DNA from: Protoeuglena noctilucae
Lineage: Eukaryota
Length of the DNA stretch: 64,000 nucleotides
Assembly (NCBI GenBank): GCA_958009085.1
Contig: OY253674.1
Coordinates: 992,001-1,056,000, forward strand
Direction: 5' to 3'
The notes under the pieces were generated by a model. The model had not been told where the DNA came from, searched no databases, and saw only the letters and a program-made list of their open reading frames with translations. The position numbers were made by a program, and so were the translations under genes. Below, in pieces: positions 15,101-28,100 of this stretch. Within the stretch, counting starts at the first letter, position 1. Every line of letters starts with the position of its first letter.

Positions 15101-17580
15101 CTGCGCTGGAGGGGGGCGACGCGGGCGAGCCGCCGGCGGGCGAGCCGCGGGCGGGCGAGGACAGCCCCCCGCGTGCCCCGGAGAGGCACCGCTTCGAGCG
15201 CGTGTCGGTGGAGGAGGCGCTGTCGCAAATGGAGGCGGAGTTCTGGGCAGACGTGGGCAGGGACGGGCCCGGCACGCACCGCCTGCGGGTGGCCGGCGCC
15301 GGGTGGGCCAAGCGCGGGGAGCTGCTTCACATGGCCCTGCGGGATGAGCGCCCGGGCACTGCTGGGCAGACGGGGAACGGGGCACCCCCTCCCGGCGACA
15401 GCTTCCGCAAAATGTTTGGCATGCCCCCCGACTTTGGCTCTCTGGCGAGGCCCTCGGCATTGGAGTTCTATACCTGTCCCCAGAAGCGCGTGGACGCAGC
15501 TCGCGCGCACGCGCCTGCCAACTGGATGGACGTGGTGCGGGATGAGCTGGCGCTGGGGCCAGACGGGCCTGCGATGGCGCGGAGGTCTGGGCTGCTGCGT
15601 TGGCGTGAGGTGGACGATGCGGCAGAGGAGCTGGCAAGGAGAGTGGGGGAGGAGGCGGGCGCCTGGCCAGGTGACCTGACGCGGTGGTGCATGCATGAGC
15701 GATGCGCAGCTGGGGACCGGTGGGGGGTGACGCGTGCCAGCGACTTCGTAGCTCCGTCCGCAGACGAATCGAGGAGAACCAGTTACGTGGCCATCGACAG
15801 GATCAGGCCGGTGCCAGAGGAGGCACTGGCGGGCTGGCAGTGCGCGAAGCGGCTGATGTCGCTGCTGGCGGACGTCCCTGCCCAGGCCGCGTCCGGGGTG
15901 CCCCTGTTTGCCGTGGAGGAGTCGGTGGGGGGCGAGCGCGTGGTCCTGTGCCACCTGTGCCGGGGCCTGTGGGGAGAGTCGGGCCTGGACAAGTCGCGCA
16001 CGCTGCGCCGCCTGGGGGAGGGGTCCTTGCTGCACGGGGCGTGCAGGGATGGCATGTGCGGCCACGTGCGCGACCTCCTCGCCCTGGTCGACCACGCCGT
16101 GGGGTGCGTGGAGGAGGCCTGGGGGGGGGCGCTGAGGGAGCCCTCGAGCGCCGCGTCCCCGGTGATGCCGTGGCTGGGCGCCCTGCAGGACCGAGGGTGA
16201 GGAGGCGTTGGGGCGCGCTTGTGCCGGCATGGTCCCTGTGCACCCGTCCTACTCCAGTCGGCCCATGCCTCCCCATGTGCAGGTGCCATGGCCCGGGGGT
16301 CCGTGGCCCCGTGCCGCCGCTGTTCTCCTCCAAGAGCGGGGGCTACCCGCCGTCGTCGGTGTCCCCGCGCCCCGCCCCCACGACGCGGTCGCGGTCTGCC
16401 ATGGGGGCACAGCCGGGCAAGGCGCTGATCAAGCCAGCCGCGGCGCCGACCCAGCCGTCGAGGCGGCGGGGCGAGAAGCGCGCGGACAGGGCGCCGGCGG
16501 ACGGCGAGCCGGGGACGCCTGGCGAGCCCAGCGCGCCGACCGCCCCGTCGGGTCGCGTGCAGCCGCGGCCGGAGATGGCGAGGCTGCAGAGGTGGCCCCT
16601 GAAGGAGCTGCGCAAGGTGAGCGGGCCTGCTGCGTGCGTGGCTGGCTGTTGAGCCTGCGTCGCGATCCGTGGCGCCTTGCAGCAGCGCCAATCTCTGTCG
16701 AGCCCCGCTCCCGTTCACCGTCGCGGGGGTCGTGCTCACAGGACGAGCTGCAGTTCGTGCCCAATGAGCTGCCTGCCCTCTGCGTGCCCGGGACGGGTGC
16801 CCGGTGGACCCGCGCCGTGTCCCCCCGGGGCCTCGCCGTGGGGTCGCTTCTCAGCGAGGCCCTGCGGGGGGCGTGCACCACCAAGGGCTGCGTCCTCGAG
16901 GGCGCACTGCTGCGCATGGCGGACCGGTGGGGCCTCGCGGTGAACCACCGGGACTTCCCCATGAGCGGTCAGGCCGGCGACAGTCTCATCCAGGGGCGGC
17001 TGAGAGCCGTCGAGGCCGATCTGCGCGGCGCCATGGACCATTGGGAGAACCTCAACTGCCCGCACCCGTCGAACGGTGGGTGGCTGCGGATGGCGGGGCG
17101 GCGCGCGGAGAGCCAGGCGGGCGCCGTGGGCGACGCTGCCGTGCGTCGCCGCTCCCGCAGTGTTCCGCCACGCCCGTGGGCGGGCGGGCTTCGTGTTCAC
17201 GGACGTGACGTCGGCCATGAGGGGCCTGGTGAAAGGAGAGCCTCAGAATGAGCAGATGGAGGCCATCGTGTCCTATGCCGTCACCGAGATGCTCCACTCG
17301 CGCACAGAGGCGCGCCAGCGCGGTGAGGGGCGTGCGTGCCTCCATTCGTTGCGGTCCGCCCTGTGCTGGGGCTGGCAGCCACGTCCCTCGCTTGGTGCAC
17401 GCAGGGCTTGCGGAGGAGCTGCGGCTGCCCGAGCTGAGGTGGCTGAAGCAGGACAACGACACGGTCGCGCTGGACCTGCTCATCAGCGCGCAGCTTTTGG
17501 GGTTCGGGGTGTTGGGGGACCTCAAAGGGGCGGAGGAAAGATGGGTGGCGGTGCACCCTGACCTGAGCAGTGCACCCTGA
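9136..17580 (+). CDS. Very large F-box protein with a central TPR-like helical region (multi-exon, more than 2000 aa)
   Basis: Exons 1-3 splice to LLELPD|DVLEHILGFCGASTLGALECTCKYFKNVLSSER|FW (F-box). TPR-like helices at about 13380-14190 (e.g. LATLSLEQGEIWAAQGRLGEACTMLQCALRDYREV). A GTGAGG...TGCAG intron at 16197-16282 joins the ORF that otherwise stops at 16200 in frame to exons ending at TGA 17578-17580. Confidence 0.6.
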
Positions 17581-17665
17581 CCGGGCAGCTTGCACAACGA
17601 ACGTCTGTTCAGCGGTCACGCCTTGCAGTGTAGTGAGTGTGCATTGTGACGAGACCGCCCGTGCA

Positions 17666-19777
17666 TCAAAGGTCACCATAGGCACGGGCATCAAACATCA
17701 ATCCCCTAGCGGGCCGCGGCGCAGCCGGCGCCACCCCCGATTCGTTTGAAGTTCCACCTTTGCTTCCATTGGCGCTCGCGGGCGGCGCTCGGACGCTGCT
17801 CGCTGGGTCGGCGCGTGGGGCCGCCCCCATTGGTGGCGCAGCTGGCCCCGCGCCCGTCTCTGAGGCCCCCCTCAGCTTGCTGGCGGCCAGCGACGACCAC
17901 TCCCCCCTGCAGGTGGCAGGCAGACCTCGACTCACATTGTCCTGCGTCACCATCGCCACCCGCGCGGTACTCCAGCCACGCGTGCGCTTGCTCACCCCAA
18001 CACCTCCAGTGCTGCGGCCGCATCCCGCGCATTGCACGCCCCCGCAGCATCCACGCATGCCCCCTGCACCACCAGGGCGTCCCAAGCGCCCTTCCCCGCC
18101 CAGAACGACTCTGCCAGCCCCACCAAGTCGTCCAGGTACTCCTGCAAGGGCACGCGGTGTCGGAGGGATCGCGCGAGGCAGCAAAGGGAGGGCTTGACTC
18201 GCGCGGCTCCCCTCCCTCTCTGTCCCCGGCCCGGTATCTCCGCACCTCCACCAAGTCGCTGCAGGCCTGGCGAGCAGGGTTGGGGTAGGCCCCGTGCCGC
18301 ATGGCATACCGGAGGCACGCGCCGTCCAGCGCCGCGTCCACCCTCAAGTTCATCCTCTTGTTGCCCAGCTTGGGCCCCTGGATGGCCAGCTCGTACCGCA
18401 GGTCCGCCGTCACGTTCACGCACGCGCCGCACAGCTGCGGGCAGCGAGCCAGGGATGCCAATTGGGGATAAGCCTTGGCGTAAGCGAGGCAATCCTTGCA
18501 GAGGCTGGCTCAGAGGAGGAAACAGCCTGCGCCATCTCCCCCCTCTGCCAGGAGCGAGAGGCTCTCGGCCATGACATGACGGGGCCCACCTTGGGGACCT
18601 GGGGGGCGTCGGCAGCGGGGGCCCAGTCGGCGACGTCGGTGGGGCACGCTTGGACCATGTCCCGGCATACGGTCGCCCGGATGGACGGGACGACGCCGGG
18701 GTTGAGCTCCTTCCCTAGCAGCAGCCCCACGATGTCGCGCTTCCGGGCCCCCATGATGGCCTGGCACCCCTGCCGCAGCCACGCGGGCGTGTCACTGCCG
18801 TACACTTCCTCCATGGCGCAGAACCCCTGCACCAGGTCCTCCATGTCATCGTCGTAGGTCACGGACGGCGCTGGGGGGAGGCAGGGGGACACGTGGCAGG
18901 CAGGGATGGCGAAAGCTGACGGTGCAGCCGTCGTTGCGAGAAGGTCTGCCACTCACGGGCGTTGGGGTTCGCCTGCGCCTTCTCCCTCTGCCGGTGCAGC
19001 TGCAGCATCCACTGGATGTAGAAGTTCTCCACGAAGTACTGGCACGACGCGCAGAAGGGGTCGCGGGGCGCGAAGGGCGACGAAGGGACGCTGAGCTCCA
19101 CGGCCGACGTCAGCACCTCGGCGTTCACCGAGATGAGCTCCACGTCCACGGCCAGGCTGGGGTCGTCCTCGGACGTGGGGTCCGCCACCCAGACCCGGCG
19201 CTTCTCGCCTGCGGAGGTTATCCGGGCTGGTCGACGCCGTCCGCGGCAGGGCTGGGTGCGTCGCCGAGGCGGGCGGCCGGCGACGCCGCTTACCCAGGCA
19301 CATGCCCTCGATGGCAGGCGCCATGGCACCCAGGGGGGTGAGCCGCCGGGCCCCGACGGGCATCGGCACGTGCATGTCGCGCTCGTCAAAGACGTCCGGA
19401 TCTAACAGCCGCATGGACATGGGCCGGCCGACCCTGCGCGTCCCCTCGTCCACCACTGCGAGGGGCCACATCCGGACGCTCTGGCTGGGTGAGCCCCGCG
19501 GAGCCCGCCGCGTCGAGCGAATGACGCGACCCTTTCAGTCATCTTTTCGGTGAGGTTGGGCACGCGCGGCCTCGCCTTCGCCGCGAGAATCCCTCGTGAA
19601 ATAGTGGAATTCAATATCGTCCCCCATGGCCGCGGCCCGCTTGCAGGTCGGTGGGGCATAGTTCACCACGTACTGCACTCCGCCCTTCTCCAGCAGCTGG
19701 CATTGCAGGATGGGCGCGCACGCGGCAGCCAGGGCGGCGAGGAGAAGGACGCACTTCCCGCGCCGCAGCGCTCGCAT
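17666..19777 (-). CDS. Secretory-pathway protein: signal peptide, divergent FKBP-like domain and two saposin/Canopy-like Cys domains
   Basis: Hydrophobic N-terminus (VLLLAALAAACAP). FKBP-like CKRAAAMGDDIEFHY...IEGMCL|GEKRRVWV...LAVDVELISVN. Two six-Cys helical units (FCASC..FC..GC..VC....AC and LCGAC..AC..AC..AC....AC). C-terminus AYGDL*. Confidence 0.6.
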
Positions 19778-19900
19778 TGCCACCCGCTGCGCACCGCAAC
19801 GCGACGGGAACACAAGCCGGCAATCCCAGCAAACATGAATGCATCGCCCTTGCAATAGGACAGAAAGAAACGGCGATCCGAGTGGGAGAATCTGGCTGCG

Positions 19901-20878
19901 TCAACGCTTGTCCATCTCGCGTATCTGCCAGGCGTCCATCACGCCTTCCCTGGACGGCACATCCTCCCCGAGGACGAAGGAGACAGCTGCCTGGCCGACG
20001 CTGTCGACGCTCACGGGCGGGACGAACGGTGCCCCGACGATGGGAACGTGCATCAGCGTCTGGGAGATGCCCTGCAGAGCCAGGGCGACGCAGCCACAGC
20101 TTGTACGCGACTTTGTCTCTGTGCAGCATGGGTCACCACCTCTGTCGTGTTGGCTCGGCTTGCCTGGAGCGGCGGAATGGCCAGGAGCGTCTCCAAGGGG
20201 GCGCCGATGATGCCCAGGGGAAGGGTGATTCCCAGCGTGTCCACACGCCGGGGCCCGTAAATCATGCCAGGCCGGAGAGCCAGCCCGTCCGAGCCATATT
20301 GAGCGAACAGGGCCTGCTCGGCCGCCCTCTTCCCTTCCACATACCCCGCCAGGATGGGCTGCAGGGCAGAGCGCAGCAAGAGCCGACGTCATGTGCGCCA
20401 GCCAAGACTGGCTGAGGGCCGGGGCACCGGCATTCGCACGAGGAACGCAGCCGCCGCGCGCGGCTCACACCTTCGGGAAGCCGAAGTTGTGCGCCGACAG
20501 AAACGCGAACCTGGGGACCGAGGCCTGCCGGCAGGCCTCGATGGCCCGAATGTTCGCCGTCCCGCAGACCTCATACATCTTGCTGTTGCTCCCGAACGTC
20601 CCCACGCACGACACGGCGCCCAGGGCCCCTTCCAAGACGGCCTCGTACGTGCTGGGGTCTAACGCGGACCCCTCGACCCATCGGACCTTCTCGGCCCATT
20701 CCGCTTGAGTCCGAGGCCGCCCGGACCGATTCACCGACACCACACCCACGCCGCTCGCGAGGGCGGCGCGGCAAACGCTCGAGCCCACAAACCCGTTGCC
20801 GCCAAAGACGAGGACGTACGGGACGGCGCCGATGCCCTCTGCCGCCGTCGTCAGACCGCGCTTCCACGCGCGCAGCAT
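19901..20878 (-). CDS. NAD(P)-binding Rossmann-fold protein (atypical SDR / NAD-dependent epimerase-like), probably organellar
   Basis: Motifs VLVFGGNGFVGSSVC, VSVNRSG, GYVEGKRAAE (YxxxK), LRPGMIYG and PPVSVDSVG. Three exons; the second intron (20072-20163) is GC-AG. Confidence 0.88.
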
Positions 20879-21433
20879 CAACGCCCCTCCCCGGATGTAC
20901 GAGAAGGGAGGCGCGTGAAGAAGTACGCGAGGCTGCCACTGCAATTGCTTGGTCAGTGCATCAAGTACATGTGTGAAGGAGCTCAGACAGTTGCTTTCGA
21001 GACAGTGGGATGCGCTCTAGGCAAAGTGGTGCTGGCAATGCATCACTGGCATCAGGCTGAGGCTCGCACATGGGGAAAGCCCTGCCAGCTCTGCAGCGCA
21101 GGCAGCTGTTGTGAAAAAAGCCTCGCCCAGCTAATCGCGGCAAGGATAATAGGACAGCAGTGCGCCGGTGTGCCGCGTCGAGCTCGGCAAGCCTCCACGT
21201 GTCTTCAAGAAGTTCCACTAGGTTCAGTAATTAGCAAGCCCGTCCATAAGGCAACGCGTGTCCTGCCGTTCGCTGCGTCGGGGCGGCGGGATGTCGCTGG
21301 AGGGGCAGTTTATCCAGGCCAAGCCCCTGTTGCCCCGCGGCCTGTCGCCGACGCAGGTCGCCGACAAGGCGAGCAGCCCCTCGCTGGCTTGAAGACAGAT
21401 TGTTACGGCGTGACAAATGTGGTGGTGCTGCAG

Positions 21434-22116
21434 AGCCCCACCGCGCCGGCTCGGGGCTGTGCGTGCTCGCGCATCTCACGCATGTGCCGCTCCCCTGGGC
21501 CCGCTTGTCAATGCTTGGCGAAAAGTGGGCCGCGCTGCCCATACAGTTCTTCGAGAGTATTGACAAGCGAGACGTGGACCTTCTTCTAGCGACGCTGGTC
21601 TTCAACGCGAAGCGCGGGCCGAGCGCCCCGGGGGGCTTTTCGTGGGCGGAGTGGATCGATGGGCGGGAGAAGAGTAGGAAGTACCAGGCAAAGGTGGGTG
21701 CATGCGGTGGATGGCCGCCGACAGCGGCAACACCTGCCCCCGCACGTCGGCTGTGCTGACCCCTCGTGACCCTCCCGCGCCTGCCTGCAGTACAGTTTCA
21801 TGACCGAGGAGAGGCCCAACAGTGAAATATTCAACCCCAGCGTGGAGCGCTACCTCGTCTACAGCTCCACGGTGAGCCTTCCCAAGCACGGAAGCCGCTG
21901 CGCAACGAGCCACCAAGGGTCGGCCTCCCTGAACACCTGTGGCCCTCCCTCAACACACAGTACGGGCCGGTGCCTGGATACGCCGAGGGCGAGCAAACGG
22001 TGGACTCCCCCATCGTCGTCCACCTGCTGCTCGACGCGGGGGAGTGGAGGGTCAAGGACGCCAACATCGTGGGCCACCCCGGCTTCACGGCCAAACGGGC
22101 CCCTCCGAAGACCTAG
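21434..22116 (+). CDS. Hypothetical protein (three 3' exons; 5' end not resolved)
   Basis: GT-AG-bounded exons join in frame (...KYQAK|YSFMTEERPNSEIFNPSVERYLVYSST|YGPVPG...KRAPPKT*). No family recognised. Confidence 0.45.
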
Positions 22117-22182
22117 TCCGGCTTTTGCAACATCCCATATCTCTACTGCACTAGCGCTCTCCCAAGCAAGCATGCTGATCCA

Positions 22183-25100
22183 TTAAAGCTGATCATCGTC
22201 AAGGTCGTACACTTCATCCAGCTCGTCGCCGCCGTGCATGTAAGCAGCGTCCATGTCCAGGTGGTCGTGGTCGAGAGACGCGTGGTGCCCGCCTGCATCG
22301 ATGTGGTCCTGGCCCTGCGATGGCACAGCGCCACTTGTTGTGCGTCAAGCATCTCCGTCTGAGTGACGCAGAGCGCCAGGGGGCACAAGTGCCTGCATTA
22401 CGCACCGCGTCAGGTGTTGGCTTCCCGCCCCGAACTCCTGTCGCTTTCTTCTCCGCAACATCCTTGCGAGTCTTGTGGCCACGGAAAAGCGACTGCGAGC
22501 AGAAGAGACGGTTGGAGAATCACAGCCGGAGCTTTGGCACAGTATTGCCAAAAGAGCGCCACCCTATGCGCGCGTCGCACCTGGATCTTGGTGGCTGCTT
22601 GCTGCAGGACACCCTGGCTTTCCTCCTTGGCTGCCGCCGGCGCGCTGCTAGGCTGTCTCACTCCTGAAACGGCAGGCGGCGTCGAGCTGGCCCCGCCAAC
22701 GCTGGCACCCGTCGTGCCCGCCTCTTGTCTTTTCGCAGCTGGCGCACCCCGGGGGGGCTCGACAGCCGGTGCACCACGCACCGGTTCACCTGCCTCCTTT
22801 CTGATCTCATCTACCCTTTTCCGCGCCGTCATTCCCCTGAAAGCTGACTGGATTGACGTGGCTGCCTCATGAGCTTTCGCCTTTGCCGCCCCAAAGAAAC
22901 CCCCGGAGGCCTCCGCATTCGGGTCAGGGGCACCTTGAGCGCCAGCAGGGCCCTTTGCCGCATCCGGGTTAGCTTTGATGTCAGCTGTGCGTGGAAGTTC
23001 GGGTTTTTGACCAACCTGGGCTGCCCGTGGGTCCGATGAACTGCCTGCCGGAGCATCACCTCTTTTCTCGACAGGTGAAGGCACCGGAGGAGTTTTGTTT
23101 TGTGACCCAGCTGGTGCGGCCTGCGCAGGATTCACAGCTGGAGCCGTCGTGGGTGCAGGCTGTCCTGCTGCCGCTGTCGCGGGTGCAGCTGGCGCCGTCA
23201 TGGGTGCAGCTGAAGCCGTCGGTGCCGTCGTGGGTACAGGCATAGCCGACGCAGGCTTAGCTGCTGGCGCCGTCGTGGGTGCAGCTGGAGCCGTCGGTGC
23301 CGTCGTGGGTCCAGGCATAGCCGCTGTCGCTGTCGTGGGTGCAGGCTTCGCTGGTGCGTCGGCAGGTTCAGCCGCATTGCTTCCTGCCCTTCCTGCAACG
23401 GTGTTTGTGGTGCTCATCCCTTGAGCCTGCACACTTGCCTGCGGTCCAGCCTGCTGGGTCGCACGCCCCTGTCCAACGCCAGTGCCAGTAGCACCGGACT
23501 TAGCTGCCGCCGTCTGAGCTTGCACTGGCGGAGCAAGCGGAGGTGCGGGAGTTGCCGCCGGAGGGCTCGGATCAGCCTTGCCCCCTTTGGCTGCGACCGC
23601 TTGTGGCACAGGCTTCCCGGCGGTGTTGACCTCCGATGGCCTTGATGTTGCACTCGACGCGGACTGGGCAGTTGCCCCTCTCTCCGCGGGCACTTGAGCG
23701 GCCCCGTCGCCCACCGCAGGTGCAGGGGCCTTGTTACCGGCGCCTTTGCTTGTCGTCTTCTCCTGTTGGCGAGCTGCCTCCTTCCTGCCCATAGAGCCCC
23801 GAAATACGCTCTGTATCTTGGTAGCTGCGCGGTCCAAGAACCCTGGCGGGTGTTTCTCATCAGCGGTGCCCCCCTTTGCGCCCCCAGATGCGCTGCCGAC
23901 GGCCGTCTCCTGTGGAGCAATGGTGACCTTCTTGTCCTGCCCCGCCGCTTGTGGCTTCCCAGCGCCATGAAGGCCCGCTTTCTCGTCCTCAGACCCCTGG
24001 GTCGGGCCGGCCTGCGCTGCCCCCGCCTGTGCCGCCCGCCGGTGCCGGTCTTCGAACAAGTAAATGGGGTCGCCTTCGATCCACTGGCCGCACGTGAAGT
24101 GATACTCGGTACCCGTGGCTGGGTGGCGCACCGTCACGTCCTCCAGGAGCCAGCGGTCCTCTGGATTCTGCAGAGACGATGGCCCACACAAGAGTTCACA
24201 ACGGGCGGGAATGGTTGAAGAAGTGGGGCATGCTAAACGGCGACTGTTACTCACCTCCATATAGACACGCAGGCAGTACAAAGGCCCAATGTCGCCTTCG
24301 GGGCTAGACGTGTGAAACACGTCTGTCTTGCCCCGGTCGAAGGAGGCAGCAACCTGGTGCAGCTCGGGCATGAAGCCCTTCCGGCCCTCGTCCCCGTAAA
24401 TCTCGATGGCAACCAACGCATCCGTACCCGCCTCTGGGTCATCAGCGGTCCTGACCACCACCTCGTAGTCACCGGGGTGCGCGCGGGACTGCAGCGAGAG
24501 AAAAGAAAATGTTGCGCAAGCGGAAGTCTTGCGCCCAACAGCGGCAGCTAACTTCAGGGACGTCTAGTCTAGATGGCAGTGGGCGTACTCGCCTGTGACG
24601 CAGCTTGTGCTGGTTGCTCCTTGGACGTTGGCTGCACAGCAGCCCGGGCGAGCTTGGCTGGCACTCGGACGGCCCGTGTGCGTCCGCGGGGGATGTCCTT
24701 CCGCTTTGGGGGGTGGGGCTCGAAGCGCCACTTCCGCCCCGTGGCCTCCTCCTCCAACTCCACCCAGTCCATGGTCCACCCGTCTCCGACACCGAAGGGC
24801 GGCCCTGCCCCCTCCGTCCAGACTTCCGCGGAATCGAGCTCCCCGAGAGCTCCTCCAGATCGCACAAAATGGAAGGTGTCGACGTTGTGTGCCTCGAACA
24901 GATCTCGCGCCTCCTTGCCTCGAGGGAACAACGGCTGCCACGCAGCGCCCGCCTTATCTGTGTATGCCGAGAAAGAAAGAAATGTCTGATGAACTCCGCG
25001 TCAGCATACACAGATCACCACCCTGCTTCATGCAGTGATGCGCACCTGTGAACAGAATGAAGACGTCCGCCCCGGCACCAACGTTGTCCGCCGTAGCCAC

Positions 25101-28100
25101 ACGAATTGTGTACTTCGCCGCCTCCATGGCCGGGGCAGCAGCCTCAGGAGCGTCACGCAGGGGCGCTGTGCCGGATCCTTGTGAGGATATGCCGATGCCC
25201 TTATCAGGGGCAGGTTTCGCCTGTGGTGGCTGGGCGGCCGGTGCAGCTGTGGCGGGCTGGATCTCAGACCCCGCAGCTGGCTTCGGAGGCGGTGGGGGCC
25301 CCACTGCTGGCGCGCTAGCACCCACGCGTGCGGCGGTCCGCAACACCAGCGCCCCCTCGGATCCAGTAGACGCCGGAACCACGACCTGGTTGCCGGGGAA
25401 CTCGAAAGAAGCCCCGGAGGGTCCGTGCTTGGCGACGACGCGCTCCACAGCCCACTCCTCGCCGCCTTTCCTCCACAGCCGACACTGATGCAGCGAAAGA
25501 GACGGTCGGGATGTCGGGTGCATCATGCAGGACGCTGATCAATACACGACTGGATGTGGCCCGGCACTCACCACTACGGCGTCCGTTGCTCCTGAAGGTC
25601 CCACAACACTGAAAGTGTTGTTGCTGCCGATAACTGCGGTTGATCGGTCCAAGAGGGGACGCCACGCACGGCCTTTGGAGTCTTCCAACTCTGCCAGCAC
25701 CTGGAAAGGCCCCTTTCCGACCACCACGCCCTGCAAGGAAAGAGGACGCTCACGTCCTGACAATCATTCCATGCCAGCCGTGGCACTGTCTCCATGTAAC
25801 GCAGTATCCTCACCTTTGCTGAGAAAATCTGCAGCAACCACGGCTGATCTTGCGAGGCCATCGATGCCGGGGCTGGCGCAGCCTGGGTTGCCCGCTCTGC
25901 CGCAACGTCAGCAGACTTCGCGGGAGGCCCCGCGTTAACACTCGCAGGGGTTGTTGGCGCTGGTGGAACCTTCTGAGTCCCTGCCGAAGGCGCTGGCAAC
26001 TCCGTTCCAGCTATGGGCTGCGGGCTCTGCGAGGGCGCCTTTGCCGCTGGCGGCGCAGGGGGCGCTGCTGGTTTTTCCTGCAGGCCGGGTCCCCCACGCG
26101 CCGCGGGAGGTTGCGCTGGAGCTTGTGCTTGCGTGGCGGCTGGTGCAGGCGGGGTCGCACTCGCTTGGGAAGCGGTCGGTGCCGCAGCAACTGCAGGTGC
26201 TGTTCCCTCCTTGATCTTCTTCGCCTGCAGGGTCTTGGCCTTGTCAGGCCATTCGGCAAACGGGACCTGGTCATGGCAATCACATTGCCACACCGCCCCA
26301 GTGGCCAAACGGCACACCTCCACCTTGTCGCAGACCCACTTGTCACGGCCCTCCTTCCAGATGCGACACTGCGCATGGGCAAGCGGAACCTCGCAATGCA
26401 AACACTGCCAAAAGCCCCCAGACAGCATACCATTCATATCACCCTGAACTCACCAGACTGAGCTCGCTGATGGGTTTGGAGCACGTAGCAAAGAACTCGT
26501 CAACGGAGCCCGACTCAAACATCTTCTTCGTCTGCTGTAACGTCGGCTGCCAGGTGACACCCGTGTCGGATTGCAGCTCCAAGTGCACGACACTGTCCGT
26601 GCCTGTGAAGAAGCCCTGCGGCAGGCACAGAGCGAGTTGGCTTCACGAAGCCCCGCCAAAGCGTACAGTGTGCTAGGCGTGATGCGCCCCCTACCTTGGC
26701 CGTGTAAATCTTGATGGACCACTTTTCTTCCACCACCGGGGCTGAGCCTGGCGCACCCAGGGCGCTCAGACCCTCGACAAGCTCGAGCTGCTGCACCTTG
26801 CCCGCCCGGTGGTTGTCCAAAAGCCACTCCTTGCGGTTCCCGTGCGTCTTGTCGAACCACTCGCGGCACACCCACGAGTACGTGCGCCCATGCGCCACGT
26901 CAGTGACGCTGAGCCGGTCCAAGAACCAGTTGCCTCCGAACGAGAAGGGCTGCGGCGACGGGGAGGTGAGGGGGCGCTGGGCGGCTGCTGGGCTCCTGAT
27001 CTCTTGAAACCAAGCATGCCTGAATACTCACCATGGGCTTCTCTTCTCGACAGCAATTTTGGCAATGACGTTCGAGAGCGCCTGGTCGGCTGGGACCTCG
27101 ATTTGAAAAGAGTCCACCCGCCCTTGCTCGAAATTGTTTGTCGAATCGCGAAGCTCGTAAGGCGCTCCCGAAAGCATCCGCCCTTTGTCGTCTACGACCT
27201 CCAGAAGCACCTTGTCATCTGTGCCGGCGCCCCGCTTGTTGGCTGTCCACACCGTCGCCGTATACAGCACCTTCGGTGCCTCACCGCCCGCGACCATGCC
27301 CTCTGCCAGCTCGACACGGGGACTCTCTTTGTTAAGCCATTTGTTGCAGGGGAAGACGTACACCCGACCATCGCCCTTGTCCAGCACCTCGACGTGTGCA
27401 AGATGCCACGCATCCAAAAGACCAGATGGCTTGAGCTCCACCTCGATCTTCGACAGCCGCCCACAGTCCGTCCCCAGCAGGTCAAACGTGTCACATTTGG
27501 CGCGCTCAAAAGCCGCCCGCTGCGCCGGCAGGCGGTAGCCCCCGATGAAGCCCTTGTCCCCGTGGAGAGAGACAGAGACGTCACCGTCTGTACCGGCACC
27601 CCGAAGGTCCGAGGTGTACAGCTTGACGGAGAACGGGTGTCCCCCCGCTCCCTCAGAGCCTCCCTGGTCGCCCTTCCCGTCCCCGTCAGCATCCACTGCG
27701 AGCTCCCGCTGCAAGCCCGCCTTTCGGTCAAGCCATGCCTTGCAGGGGAACCGATAGGCCTTGCCCGTCTCGAGATGAACGACCTGGACGTGCGACAAAT
27801 GCCACTGCGACAGGAGGCCCCGCCCATCAGTCTTCACCACCACCTTGACCACATCCCCCAGGTCGTCGCAGTCGAGCATGAACACGTCCTCTTGGCCACG
27901 CTCAAACAGGTTGCGCCCCGGCAAAACAAGCGGCCGCTCACCCGAATCGCCCTTGGTCCCCACAAGCTTGATGGTCACATCCGAATCCGTCCCCGCACCC
28001 CGGATGTCACTGGTCTGCACAGCGACCCTGCGGCCAAGGTCCGTGAAGGCGTTTGCCAGCTGCGTGCCTGAGGCCAAAACCTCGCCTGACAAAGTTTCTG

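Noticed and set aside
12811..16230. 1139-aa antisense ORF, and many other long overlapping ORFs in the track
   Set aside because: These are shadows of GC3-rich coding exons on the opposite strand or frame. Stops are rare at this GC content and the translations are R/P/G/A-rich with no motifs.
16401..17580. Separate gene starting at MGAQPG (possible N-myristoylation site)
   Set aside because: A typical 86-nt GT-AG intron (16197-16282) links it in frame to the upstream F-box gene, so I treat it as one gene. Independent initiation is not excluded.
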